DNA of 64,000 nucleotides from an uncultured Lentisphaerota bacterium (lineage in GTDB: Bacteria; Verrucomicrobiota; Lentisphaeria; Victivallales; GWF2-50-93): contig CAIQLG010000287.1 in assembly GCA_903872565.1 (NCBI GenBank), positions 4,936 to 68,935 on the forward strand, given 5' to 3'. Shown here in pieces: positions 10,677-19,213 of this stretch. Each line of letters begins with the position of its first letter. The stretch's first letter is position 1. Below the pieces are notes generated by a model, which was not told the origin of the DNA, ran no database searches, and saw nothing but the letters and a program-made list of their open reading frames with translations. The translations under genes and the position numbers were made by a program.

Positions 10677-12065
10677 CTATTTCAGCAGGTACATGTTTGC
10701 GATTGAAATTCCACTAAGCATTGCGCCGGTTATCCCTAGGAAGCCCTGATCGGTTCCGCACAGATAAAGACCTTCCGTGTGTGTTCGGCCATTCTTGAAT
10801 TTCAACGGCGAACCATAAACCGCTCCATTGATATGCCCGGTAAACCTTCTAACAGTTTCCGGAGTAAAAATGTCTGAAAATACCAGTCTTTGCCTGAGAT
10901 CAGTTCTTCCGCAGAGTTCTCCGCATTTTTTCAGCAGGATTTCGGAAAGCTCCGCTTTTTTCCCGCGATATGTCTTTTTGTCGTATTTTCTCCAGGAATT
11001 GTGATTCGCGAGAACTGTGAGCCTAAGCATCCTCTCGTTTTTTCTCTCATCGTATCTGAAATTGAACGGACAGCAGAAAACACCGCTCCTGAGACTGTAA
11101 GCGGTGTCCGGCGCACAATAATCAAAATTGTCCGTTTCGTTGAAGAATTTTATCGAATAATCAATTCCTTCAAGATTTGTGCCGGGGTCGATGCAGAAAA
11201 TCGCCTCGATGAATGAAAGCTGGCCCTCAGGCAATTCCGCGAAATTCGCAGGTTTCTCATCGCAGATGTGCATCGTCTCCAGGCTTCCCGCGGATGAAAG
11301 CACATTTGAAGTCTCGAGCATTTCTCCGCCGGAAGTGATGGCAGCCACCGTTTTCCCGCCAGAATTCATAATTCTGCGAATTTCGCAGTTGTACCTAAGT
11401 TCGCCGCCGGATTCCTTGAAACGGTCCTCGAGAAGAGTTATCAGCTGTCTTATCCCCTTCTCTGGACGACAGAAACCTTCCCTGAAAATGCTCTTGTACA
11501 TGATTGCGAACTGCGCAAAATCCATGTCCTTCTCGACTGCACTTCCATAATACATCAGCGGGCAGAAAAGCATTTCGACGAGAAGTTCGTTTTTGATGAA
11601 TCCGGACACGGTTTTTCTGGCGGATACATAAGGGGCGTTGACATCCAGTTCGTTGTAGGACATTATGTGTGAGTCGAGCCTGAGAAAGTTGTCAATCTCG
11701 GAGGGGAACTTGTCCGAGATCGAAGTTTTCAGCATATCGAAGTCGTTTGAGAAGGAGAGGGAAGCGGAGGAAAATTGTATGATGGAATAGTTCTGTTCTC
11801 TCAGGCAGAGTTCATCGTAGGGAATTCTCAGCTGTCTGAGAAGTTTCATCAGCGGCGAGTTCTTTGCACCGCCACGCGGGATAAAGTTGGTCATGGCATG
11901 AAGGCCGGTGTCAATTTCGATTCCATTCCTGTTGTAATACGAGTTGAGACCGCCTCCTCTGCCATGCTTTTCAGCAATGCAGACTTTCTTCCCGAAATGT
12001 GCGAGCCGTATCCCGGCGGCAAGCCCCGACATTCCGGCTCCGACTATGATGCAGTCATATTTCAT
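10677..12065 (-). CDS. FAD/NAD(P)-dependent oxidoreductase, phytoene-desaturase-like
   Basis: N-terminal YDCIIVGAGMSGLAAGIRLA dinucleotide-binding fold, 462 aa. Confidence 0.8.
   Translation of the reverse strand: MKYDCIIVGAGMSGLAAGIRLAHFGKKVCIAEKHGRGGGLNSYYNRNGIEIDTGLHAMTNFIPRGGAKNSPLMKLLRQLRIPYDELCLREQNYSIIQFSSASLSFSNDFDMLKTSISDKFPSEIDNFLRLDSHIMSYNELDVNAPYVSARKTVSGFIKNELLVEMLFCPLMYYGSAVEKDMDFAQFAIMYKSIFREGFCRPEKGIRQLITLLEDRFKESGGELRYNCEIRRIMNSGGKTVAAITSGGEMLETSNVLSSAGSLETMHICDEKPANFAELPEGQLSFIEAIFCIDPGTNLEGIDYSIKFFNETDNFDYCAPDTAYSLRSGVFCCPFNFRYDERKNERMLRLTVLANHNSWRKYDKKTYRGKKAELSEILLKKCGELCGRTDLRQRLVFSDIFTPETVRRFTGHINGAVYGSPLKFKNGRTHTEGLYLCGTDQGFLGITGAMLSGISIANMYLLK
11237..11251. repeat. 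15-bp palindrome family CTGCGAAWTTCGCAG, one mismatch (CCGCGAAATTCGCAG)
   Basis: Read directly. Lies inside the oxidoreductase ORF. Confidence 0.8.
11374..11388. repeat. 15-bp palindrome CTGCGAATTTCGCAG, perfect
   Basis: Read directly. Lies inside the oxidoreductase ORF, 137 bp from the previous copy. Confidence 0.9.
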
Positions 12066-12291
12066 TTATTTACTTTGCCCAAGAGTAATGAAAATATCCG
12101 AATCGAAAAAAGTTGCTTTTAATGCTATTATCCACTTAATAAGTAATACATTGTTTATTTGTAAAATCAAAATTATTTACATTTTTGCCTCGGCATCAGG
12201 CACAATCAGATTCTTTTTTTTAAATTTTAAATTTGTTTTATTTTTTATAGGCAATATATTACCCATCCGAGAAATCAAAATTATTTCTTGT

Positions 12292-12366
12292 TCCGGCGTA
12301 GCTCAGTGGTAGAGTAGGTGGCTGTTAACCACTTGGTCGTAGGTTCGAATCCTACCGCCGGAGCCA
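12292..12366 (+). tRNA. tRNA-Asn (anticodon GTT), CCA encoded
   Basis: Acceptor TCCGGCG/CGCCGGA, D-arm GCTCAGTGGTAGAGT, anticodon loop CTGTTAA, T-arm GTAGGTTCGAATCCTAC, then GCCA. Confidence 0.9.
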
Positions 12367-12375
12367 TTTTTATTA

Positions 12376-12663
12376 ATGACCTATTATCTTTATATTCTAG
12401 AAAATCCAGATGGTCGCACATATGTCGGGCAGAGCAACGATCTTGATCGCAGGCTGATTCAACACAACAATCCCGAATATAGTGGAACACTCTACACGAA
12501 GCGCATCAAAGGACCTTGGAGACTAATTTATTCGGAAGAACATGCGAGCCGGTCGGACTCCATGGCGCGTGAAAAATATTTCAAGACCGGCAAGGGCCGA
12601 GCAATGATTGCTGAAATACAAAACAAGATTTGCGCCGGGAGTTCCAATTTAGGTGGCTGTTAA
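12376..12663 (+). CDS. Small GIY-YIG nuclease-superfamily protein
   Basis: YYLYILENPDGRTYVGQSNDLDRRLIQHN contains the GIY...YVG motif plus conserved R and H/N. 95 aa. The stop codon lies in the anticodon-loop sequence of the partial tRNA copy. Confidence 0.85.
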   Translation: MTYYLYILENPDGRTYVGQSNDLDRRLIQHNNPEYSGTLYTKRIKGPWRLIYSEEHASRSDSMAREKYFKTGKGRAMIAEIQNKICAGSSNLGGC

Positions 12664-12700
12664 TTCGCCTTGGCGAATTCGAATCCTACCGCCGGAGCCA
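12650..12700 (+). pseudogene. Partial duplicate of tRNA-Asn (anticodon arm to 3-prime end)
   Basis: AGGTGGCTGTTAA and TTCGAATCCTACCGCCGGAGCCATTTT are identical to 12315-12328 and 12344-12370. The middle is replaced by the palindrome AATTCGCC-TT-GGCGAATT. Confidence 0.75.
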
Positions 12701-12956
12701 TTTTGTCTGACACGAATTCCCACGAATTTTAATCGCTGAATATCCCCGGGCAAAGAATTTCCGTTTCTCCAAAATATTCATTGCCACTGTAAAAGATGAC
12801 GGCCAGGAATGACCGTCCTACTAAATTGCATAAAATCTTATTCCTCTCTAAGAGTAAATTCGTAAATCGATACATAACCACCAATTCATTAAAATTTAGT
12901 TGTAACGACCTTAATTTAGTCTATATTATGGTCATGATATAAGGGGAAATAATATT

Positions 12957-13250
12957 ATGAAACTGCACGATAAGGTAAAATCAATCAGCTATGTGAAGTC
13001 TCACGCCTCTGAAATACTGAACAAGATAAGCGATACCCATTCCACCTATGTGATAACCCAGAATGGTGAAGCAAAGGCGGTGATACAGGACATAGAAGAA
13101 TATGACAAGCTTCAGGAATCGCTTGCCATGCTTAAACTGATAGCCCAGGGTGCCAATGATATTGAACATGGCAGAATCAGACCGCTCAAAGAGTCATTCT
13201 CAAGTATTCGCAGGAAAATATCCGACAGGAAGTCCGCATGGAAAAAATGA
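12957..13250 (+). CDS. Phd/YefM-family antitoxin
   Basis: SYVKSHASEILNKISDTHSTYVITQNGEAKAVIQDIEEYDKL is a typical Phd/YefM fold sequence. ATGA overlap with the next ORF. Confidence 0.8.
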   Translation: MKLHDKVKSISYVKSHASEILNKISDTHSTYVITQNGEAKAVIQDIEEYDKLQESLAMLKLIAQGANDIEHGRIRPLKESFSSIRRKISDRKSAWKK

Positions 13251-13579
13251 GATATGAGATATTTGTCTCCGAAGAGGCAGAGAAGGATATTATAGATATT
13301 TGGTCGCACATAGCCTTGAACGATTGTCTCGAAAACGCTGACTACGTTCTCAATGGCATTGAAAAAGTAATTTCATCTCTCGAGACGATGCCACGGAGAG
13401 GGCATCTTCCGCCGGAACTTGAGAGGATATCAGTCTTCAACTACCTCGAAGTCCATTACAAGCCATACCGCATCATCTACCAGATTTGCGGTACTTCTAT
13501 TAATATTTACTGCGTAATGGACGGCAGAAGGGATGTCCAGAGTGTGTTGTGCAGGAGACTTCTGAAAATAGAATATTAA
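13247..13579 (+). CDS. ParE/RelE-family toxin
   Basis: About 110 aa. The EAEKDI...IW..I N-terminus and the YRIIY...I.I..V.DGRRD C-terminus are typical of ParE. I prefer the start at the ATGA overlap at 13247; the track start is 13238. Confidence 0.75.
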   Translation: MRYEIFVSEEAEKDIIDIWSHIALNDCLENADYVLNGIEKVISSLETMPRRGHLPPELERISVFNYLEVHYKPYRIIYQICGTSINIYCVMDGRRDVQSVLCRRLLKIEY

Positions 13580-13799
13580 ATATGCCAATATTTAGCTTAA
13601 ATCCAAAATAATATGCCATTATTTCCGTTTTAAATGCTATAATTATTAATTTCTACATCATAAATATCTGTAATTCAACTACTTCACTCAACCCGGGGTG
13701 ATATGTGGGCATTTGGAATTAACGCATTTTATGCTATAGCCTATTTTTTCTTTAAACTCTTTCCATAAAGTTTATAACTAAAACAAACCAAATCAGAGT

Positions 13800-13828
13800 T
13801 TGACATTCTATTGAATAGAATGTATTTT
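13800..13828 (+). promoter_or_regulatory. Sigma70-like promoter with a 19-bp palindrome in the spacer
   Basis: TTGACA (13800-13805), N17, TATTTT (13823-13828). CATTCTATT-G-AATAGAATG at 13804-22 is a perfect 9-bp dyad. The site is 45 nt upstream of the methyltransferase ATG. Confidence 0.45.
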
Positions 13829-13872
13829 TAAACAAAATTAGAAACGTACAAGAAATAATTCAAACAAAAGCC

Positions 13873-15084
13873 ATGAAGAAACTTCATAACAGCAATAAAA
13901 TCAAGGCAATATCTAATTGTTTGTTTGACAATTCTGATGGGAAAGTTGGGTCATTATTGTGGTTGCAACGGACAAAAAAACCTTTGGCAATCAATTCAAA
14001 TGAAAAAGTAAGCATTGTAGACCTTTTTTGCGGGTGCGGCGGCTTTTCACTGGGCGTTGTAGAGGCTGCAGTTGCAAGAAACTTATCCCCAGAAATAAAG
14101 CTTGCCATAGATTCAGATTCGGAGGCACTCAAGGTTTACGCTAAAAATTTTAAAGATTATGGTACAAACTTCATTGAAGATGATATTTCCAATCAATTTC
14201 CTGGCAAACTTGGTGCTGCTATGCATCATGTTGAAAAAAGACATTCGAAGAATCTTGGAAATATTGACTTTTTGATTGCAGGCCCACCGTGTCAGGGCCA
14301 CTCAGACTTGAATAATAGGACCAGGAGAAATGACCCTAGAAACAAACTTTATCTCAAGGTTGTTAGGGCAATTGAAGTGTTGAATCCTAAAATTGCCATA
14401 ATAGAGAATGTCGCTTCTGTTAAGCATGACAAATCAGAAGTGGTTCGAAAAAGCATTGAAAAATTAAAAGCATTGAATTACTCAATTGAGGAGATGAACA
14501 TAAATGCATTGGAATACAGCGTTGCTCAAAACAGGAAAAGACATCTTCTAATAGCCCACAAAGTAAAATTGCCATTCACAATAAATGCTTTCATTGAAGG
14601 CCTTGATTGGGAACCTTTAGCCTTAAAGGACGTAATTAAAGATATCATAGAAAAGCCAGAACAGTCTTCAGAAATGTTTGAAAAACCATCAAAAACAAAT
14701 GCTGAAAATATAGATAGAATATCCTATCTATTCAAGAACAAGCTATTCAATTTGCCAAATGATAAAAGGCCTCCTTGCCATCAAGCAAATCAGCATTCAT
14801 ACTTATCCATGTACGGTCGTTTAAAGTGGAACTTGCCTTCCCAAACAATTACTACAGGATTTGGGTCTATTGGTCAAGGTAGATATATTCATCCTTCAAA
14901 AAAAAGGGTAATCACCCCACATGAAGCAGCTAGAATTCAAGGCTTCCCTGATTATTTCAATTTTTCAATTGTCAAAAAGAGAATTACCTTGCAAACTATT
15001 ATTGGAAATGCAGTTCCCCCTCCTATCGGTGCTGTCTTTTCCTCATTCTTAATGGATTTTATTGGAAAGGAACATCATGTTTAA
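13873..15084 (+). CDS. DNA (cytosine-5)-methyltransferase
   Basis: Motif I DLFCGCGGFSLG, IV GPPCQGHS, VI ENV, VIII QNRKR, X GNAVPPP. Confidence 0.9.
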   Translation: MKKLHNSNKIKAISNCLFDNSDGKVGSLLWLQRTKKPLAINSNEKVSIVDLFCGCGGFSLGVVEAAVARNLSPEIKLAIDSDSEALKVYAKNFKDYGTNFIEDDISNQFPGKLGAAMHHVEKRHSKNLGNIDFLIAGPPCQGHSDLNNRTRRNDPRNKLYLKVVRAIEVLNPKIAIIENVASVKHDKSEVVRKSIEKLKALNYSIEEMNINALEYSVAQNRKRHLLIAHKVKLPFTINAFIEGLDWEPLALKDVIKDIIEKPEQSSEMFEKPSKTNAENIDRISYLFKNKLFNLPNDKRPPCHQANQHSYLSMYGRLKWNLPSQTITTGFGSIGQGRYIHPSKKRVITPHEAARIQGFPDYFNFSIVKKRITLQTIIGNAVPPPIGAVFSSFLMDFIGKEHHV

Positions 15085-16117
15085 TCAAGAGAGAATTAAT
15101 GCGGCTGAAAAGCAAATTGAAGAAGAAAAAAAAATCGTTGATTATGACACCAAAGAGTATCCAGTTGAAGTCATTGTGGCCAAATATGTCACAAAAATGG
15201 AAGATGATGATAATGAATTATTTATTCCTGATTATCAGAGGGATTTTGTTTGGTCAGAAAAGCGACAATCTAAATTTATTGAGTCTGTAATATTAGGCTT
15301 GCCAATTCCATACGTTTTTGTAGCAGATAACGAAGGACGAATTGAAGTTGTTGATGGTTCTCAAAGGATCCGAACGCTAGTCGCTTTTGTTCGTGGCCAG
15401 CTTATATTGACTGACTTAAAGAAGCTTACAGAGCTAAACGATTTCAAATTTAGTGATCTTTCAGAAAAAGAGCGTCGCAGGTTTAACCGCAAAACAATTA
15501 GGATGATAGAACTTACTGAAAACGCAAACGAGGATGTTAGGCGAGACATTTTTGAGAGAATAAATACAGGTAGCGATGAGCTAAGCGAAATGGAAAAAAG
15601 AAAGGGTATTTTAGCTGGAAGCTTCTATAAGGTTGTCTCTGATTGTTCTAACAATCCAATGTTCAAGAAACTATGCCCAATAAGTGATAAAAAAATCAAA
15701 CGTGAAGAAGGACCTGAAATGGTCCTGCGATTCTTTGCGTATGCCTATAATTATGAGTCGTTTGAGCATTCAGTTGTTGACTTTTTAACTGATTTTATGA
15801 CAGAAATGAACGAGAAAACTGATTTTGCTCCATATATCAATGATTTTGAAACCATGCTTACATTTGCAGAAAGATTGCTGAAAAATGGCTTTCGACGAAC
15901 AGCAAGTGCCAGCACGACGCCACGAGTTCGGTTTGAGACGCTTTCAGTAGGAATTCATTTGGCTTTAAAGCAGAATCCAGAACTTACCTTGCCAAATGAT
16001 TTGACTTGGTTAGATTCAGATGAGATGGCAGAATTTACACGTTCAGATGCTAGCAATTCAAAACCAAAAGTGAAGGCAAGAATTGAATTTGTAAGAGATA
16101 AATTGTTGGGAGGATAA
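15077..16117 (+). CDS. DUF262 (ParB-like / GmrSD N-terminal type) domain protein without a recognisable DUF1524 nuclease half
   Basis: IPDYQRDFVW and VDGSQRIRT signatures. The ATG at 15077 overlaps the methyltransferase stop by 8 nt. Confidence 0.75.
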   Translation: MFNQERINAAEKQIEEEKKIVDYDTKEYPVEVIVAKYVTKMEDDDNELFIPDYQRDFVWSEKRQSKFIESVILGLPIPYVFVADNEGRIEVVDGSQRIRTLVAFVRGQLILTDLKKLTELNDFKFSDLSEKERRRFNRKTIRMIELTENANEDVRRDIFERINTGSDELSEMEKRKGILAGSFYKVVSDCSNNPMFKKLCPISDKKIKREEGPEMVLRFFAYAYNYESFEHSVVDFLTDFMTEMNEKTDFAPYINDFETMLTFAERLLKNGFRRTASASTTPRVRFETLSVGIHLALKQNPELTLPNDLTWLDSDEMAEFTRSDASNSKPKVKARIEFVRDKLLGG

Positions 16118-16120
16118 AAG

Positions 16121-16786
16121 ATGAAAAACGTTTTGGCAGATTATGAGAATAGGAAGAATGAGATTGGCGTATATATTGAGTTCATGAAACTAATTGAAAA
16201 TGATTCTGAGCTTGAGCCAATTATAAAAATTAAATGTGCTGATTCAAATAAGCTCAAGAAGATATTGAAGGCAAACACCTATTTGCTAATGTACAATATG
16301 GTGGAATCATCAATAAGAAATGCAATTCAAGCAATATACGACCATTTTAAAAGGAATATGGTTGAATTTGACTCACTGCATAATGAAATTCAAGTGCTAA
16401 TATTAAAAAATGTTAAGAAGACAAACCCCTCTGACTTTCAAAAAAAGCTAAATGCAATTGCTAAGGATATTGTTCTTGAATCTTTTAACCCTGACAATCT
16501 TACCTCTGGGAATATTGATGCCAGAAAAATTAAGGAGATTTCTAAAGAATATGGCTTTTCATGTAAGACGGATTACAAAACATGCAAAGATGGTGCGAAG
16601 TTAATAGAGATTAAGAATAAAAGGAACGATTTGGCTCATGGAATCATATCCTTTGCTGATTGCGGAAAAGACATAGTTACTTCAGATGTTAACACTGCTT
16701 TCGATGAATGCTCTTCATATTTATCTGCTATTTTAACAAATGTTGAAAAATATCTGAATAATAATGAATATTTAAAAACTGCTTGA
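16121..16786 (+). CDS. Putative HEPN-domain protein (R-x4-H)
   Basis: NKRNDLAHG near the C terminus and helical-looking sequence. Starts 3 nt after the DUF262 stop. Confidence 0.55.
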   Translation: MKNVLADYENRKNEIGVYIEFMKLIENDSELEPIIKIKCADSNKLKKILKANTYLLMYNMVESSIRNAIQAIYDHFKRNMVEFDSLHNEIQVLILKNVKKTNPSDFQKKLNAIAKDIVLESFNPDNLTSGNIDARKIKEISKEYGFSCKTDYKTCKDGAKLIEIKNKRNDLAHGIISFADCGKDIVTSDVNTAFDECSSYLSAILTNVEKYLNNNEYLKTA

Positions 16787-17058
16787 ACACCGTTATATGT
16801 GCAACTCAGTGGTGATCTAACTAACGGAATCACAGTTAGTTATGGCTCAGGAATGGGCTGATTAAACACCTTAAAACGGAATAAAGGCCATAATTTTTTG
16901 TGCCTATAAATTATTGCATGGATGGGTACGTTCTTTAATAGTTCTTTTTAAAGTTAAAAAAACGTTTTTGTTAAAAAATCTTGATTTTTTAGATTTTCAA
17001 TTGTATTTTTCCACACAGAAGACAAAGAGGAATTTCAAATATTAACTGTTCGGCTAAA

Positions 17059-17709
17059 ATGATAAAAAAACAACCATTTGATCGTCAAAAGCATATCTAC
17101 CGGAATGATGCTTTTGTTGAACTTGTGAAGGATGCAGTACGTTTCTTCAACGGGACACCCGTTCTCACTCTACCACCACCGAAATATTTTTTGGGAACAG
17201 GTGTCTATGCTCTCTACTACACCGGCACAAATCCACTCTATGCGAAATACCGTGATATAAATAGATTATCATACAGAACTGCTATTTATGTTGGTAAAGC
17301 CGTACCAAAAGGTTGGCGGCAAGCACGGTCAACCGATAACCCATTAAATCAGTCCCGAGAACTCTGCAATCGGTTGCGAGAACATAGCCGAAGCATCATG
17401 ACTACTTCCGACTTATCAATCAAAGATTTTATGTGTCGCTTCGTGATTTTTGAAGATGCCGATTCAGATATGATTGGAACAATCGAAGCTGCGTTGATAA
17501 GATTGCATACACCATTGTGGAATACCACAGTCGATGGTTTTGATAATCACGATCCCGGCAGCGGTCGTTATGAACAAGCCAGGTCTGACTGGGATGTTCT
17601 CCATCCGGGAAGACAATGGGCATTAAAATGTAATGGTGCTCCAAGAGAAAAATCAGCCATCCTTGCGGACATAATCAACCACTTAAATAGACTTATGGTG
17701 ACCCAGTGA
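17059..17709 (+). CDS. Eco29kI-family (GIY-YIG) type II restriction endonuclease
   Basis: GVYALYYTG ... IYVGKAVPKGWRQ ... LREH ... PLWNT. Strongly resembles my recollection of R.Eco29kI over the whole 216 aa. Confidence 0.75.
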   Translation: MIKKQPFDRQKHIYRNDAFVELVKDAVRFFNGTPVLTLPPPKYFLGTGVYALYYTGTNPLYAKYRDINRLSYRTAIYVGKAVPKGWRQARSTDNPLNQSRELCNRLREHSRSIMTTSDLSIKDFMCRFVIFEDADSDMIGTIEAALIRLHTPLWNTTVDGFDNHDPGSGRYEQARSDWDVLHPGRQWALKCNGAPREKSAILADIINHLNRLMVTQ

Positions 17710-19019
17710 AGTCCTTAGAACTTTTTTCAGGGGCAGGTGGATTGGCTAAGGGTCTCGAACTTGCAGGTTTTGAACACAGTGCATTTGTGGAATTCAACAA
17801 GTATGCATGCGCTTCCCTACGACGAAATTTCGACCCTAATAAAGTGTTTGAAGGAGACATTCGAGATTTTGACTTTCATAATCTTTCAGGCATTGATGTC
17901 GTTGCTGGCGGCCCACCGTGCCAGCCTTTTTCCATGGGTGGAAAACATGGAGCAAACAATGATAACCGCGATATGTTTCCTTATGCAATCCGAGCGATTG
18001 AAACGCTCATGCCAAAAGCATTCTTATTTGAGAATGTGAAGGGATTATTGAGGGATTCGTTCTCGGAATATTTCCAGTATATAATTCTTCGCTTAACTTT
18101 TCCCGATGCACATGCGGGGTTGAAGTCTACATGGCGTGAACATCTCGTTTCCTTGAAGAATATAAACTACGACCATTATGAAGGAATAAAGTATCGTGTA
18201 ACGAAAACCTTGATAAATGCAGCAGATTACGGAATACCACAATGCCGTGAACGTGTAGTTATTGTCGGTATTCGTTCGGATATTGACGCTACTTGGCAGT
18301 TCCCAGATGCTACACACAGCGAAGAGAGACTATTGTGGGATAAATTCGTCACGGGTTCTTATTGGGATAATCACGAAGTTGCAAAAGTTCAACGTGAAGC
18401 ATGCCCCACAACCTTGCTGCCGAGGATAAACGACTTGCGCAACACATTTTGCTTCTTCAAGCCGGAGCTAGAGCCATGGCACACTGTTCGCGATGCGTTA
18501 AAGAATATTCCAGATCCTAGAACTAAGCATGGAATTCCAGACCACATCTTTCGTGATGGAGCACGAACATACGCCGGACACACGGGGAGCGATCTTGATT
18601 CGCCCGCCAAAACAGTCAAGGCCGGTGGACATGGCGTTCCAGGTGGTGAGAATATGATGAGATTTCGTGATGGCACAGTGCGTTACTTCACCATTTACGA
18701 AGCGAAGATAATCCAAACATTTCCAAATAATTTTGTGATAACAGGTTCGTGGGGGGAAGCCCTTCGGCAAATCGGCAATGCTGTACCTGTTTTATTAGGG
18801 AAACAGATAGGCCGCAAATTGTTCAATAGTATCCGTTCTGAATATACCAGTGTGAATTGGCCACAACTCGAAAAAACTATGCAGGCCACTTGTATTCAGG
18901 AAATATCAACTCCCTATTGTATGCACAATTTGCGGCGCAAATCTTCTGCTAACAAGCTCAATACACATCATAAGCCGAAAAAGAAGGTCGGAAGTAAATC
19001 CCAATTTACGAAATGCTAG
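17706..19019 (+). CDS. DNA (cytosine-5)-methyltransferase, cognate of the Eco29kI-like nuclease
   Basis: FSGAGGLAKG, GGPPCQPFS, ENVKGL, QCRERV, GNAVPV. GTG start in a GTGA overlap with the nuclease stop. Confidence 0.9.
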   Translation: MKSLELFSGAGGLAKGLELAGFEHSAFVEFNKYACASLRRNFDPNKVFEGDIRDFDFHNLSGIDVVAGGPPCQPFSMGGKHGANNDNRDMFPYAIRAIETLMPKAFLFENVKGLLRDSFSEYFQYIILRLTFPDAHAGLKSTWREHLVSLKNINYDHYEGIKYRVTKTLINAADYGIPQCRERVVIVGIRSDIDATWQFPDATHSEERLLWDKFVTGSYWDNHEVAKVQREACPTTLLPRINDLRNTFCFFKPELEPWHTVRDALKNIPDPRTKHGIPDHIFRDGARTYAGHTGSDLDSPAKTVKAGGHGVPGGENMMRFRDGTVRYFTIYEAKIIQTFPNNFVITGSWGEALRQIGNAVPVLLGKQIGRKLFNSIRSEYTSVNWPQLEKTMQATCIQEISTPYCMHNLRRKSSANKLNTHHKPKKKVGSKSQFTKC

Positions 19020-19213
19020 AAATATTTTGACAGAATATAATTTACGTCCAACTATCGTTTTTTATGGACTTAACGCTAAACATCGGATATTCCATTCACC
19101 CCGTGAGCCTTGAATTCTCTCAAATGTTTTTTCATGATATTTGAAGATTTTGCCTTGAAAATGCAACCTGTGGGGTTACAAAATTGATTATCATTGAAAA
19201 GCAGGAATATACT

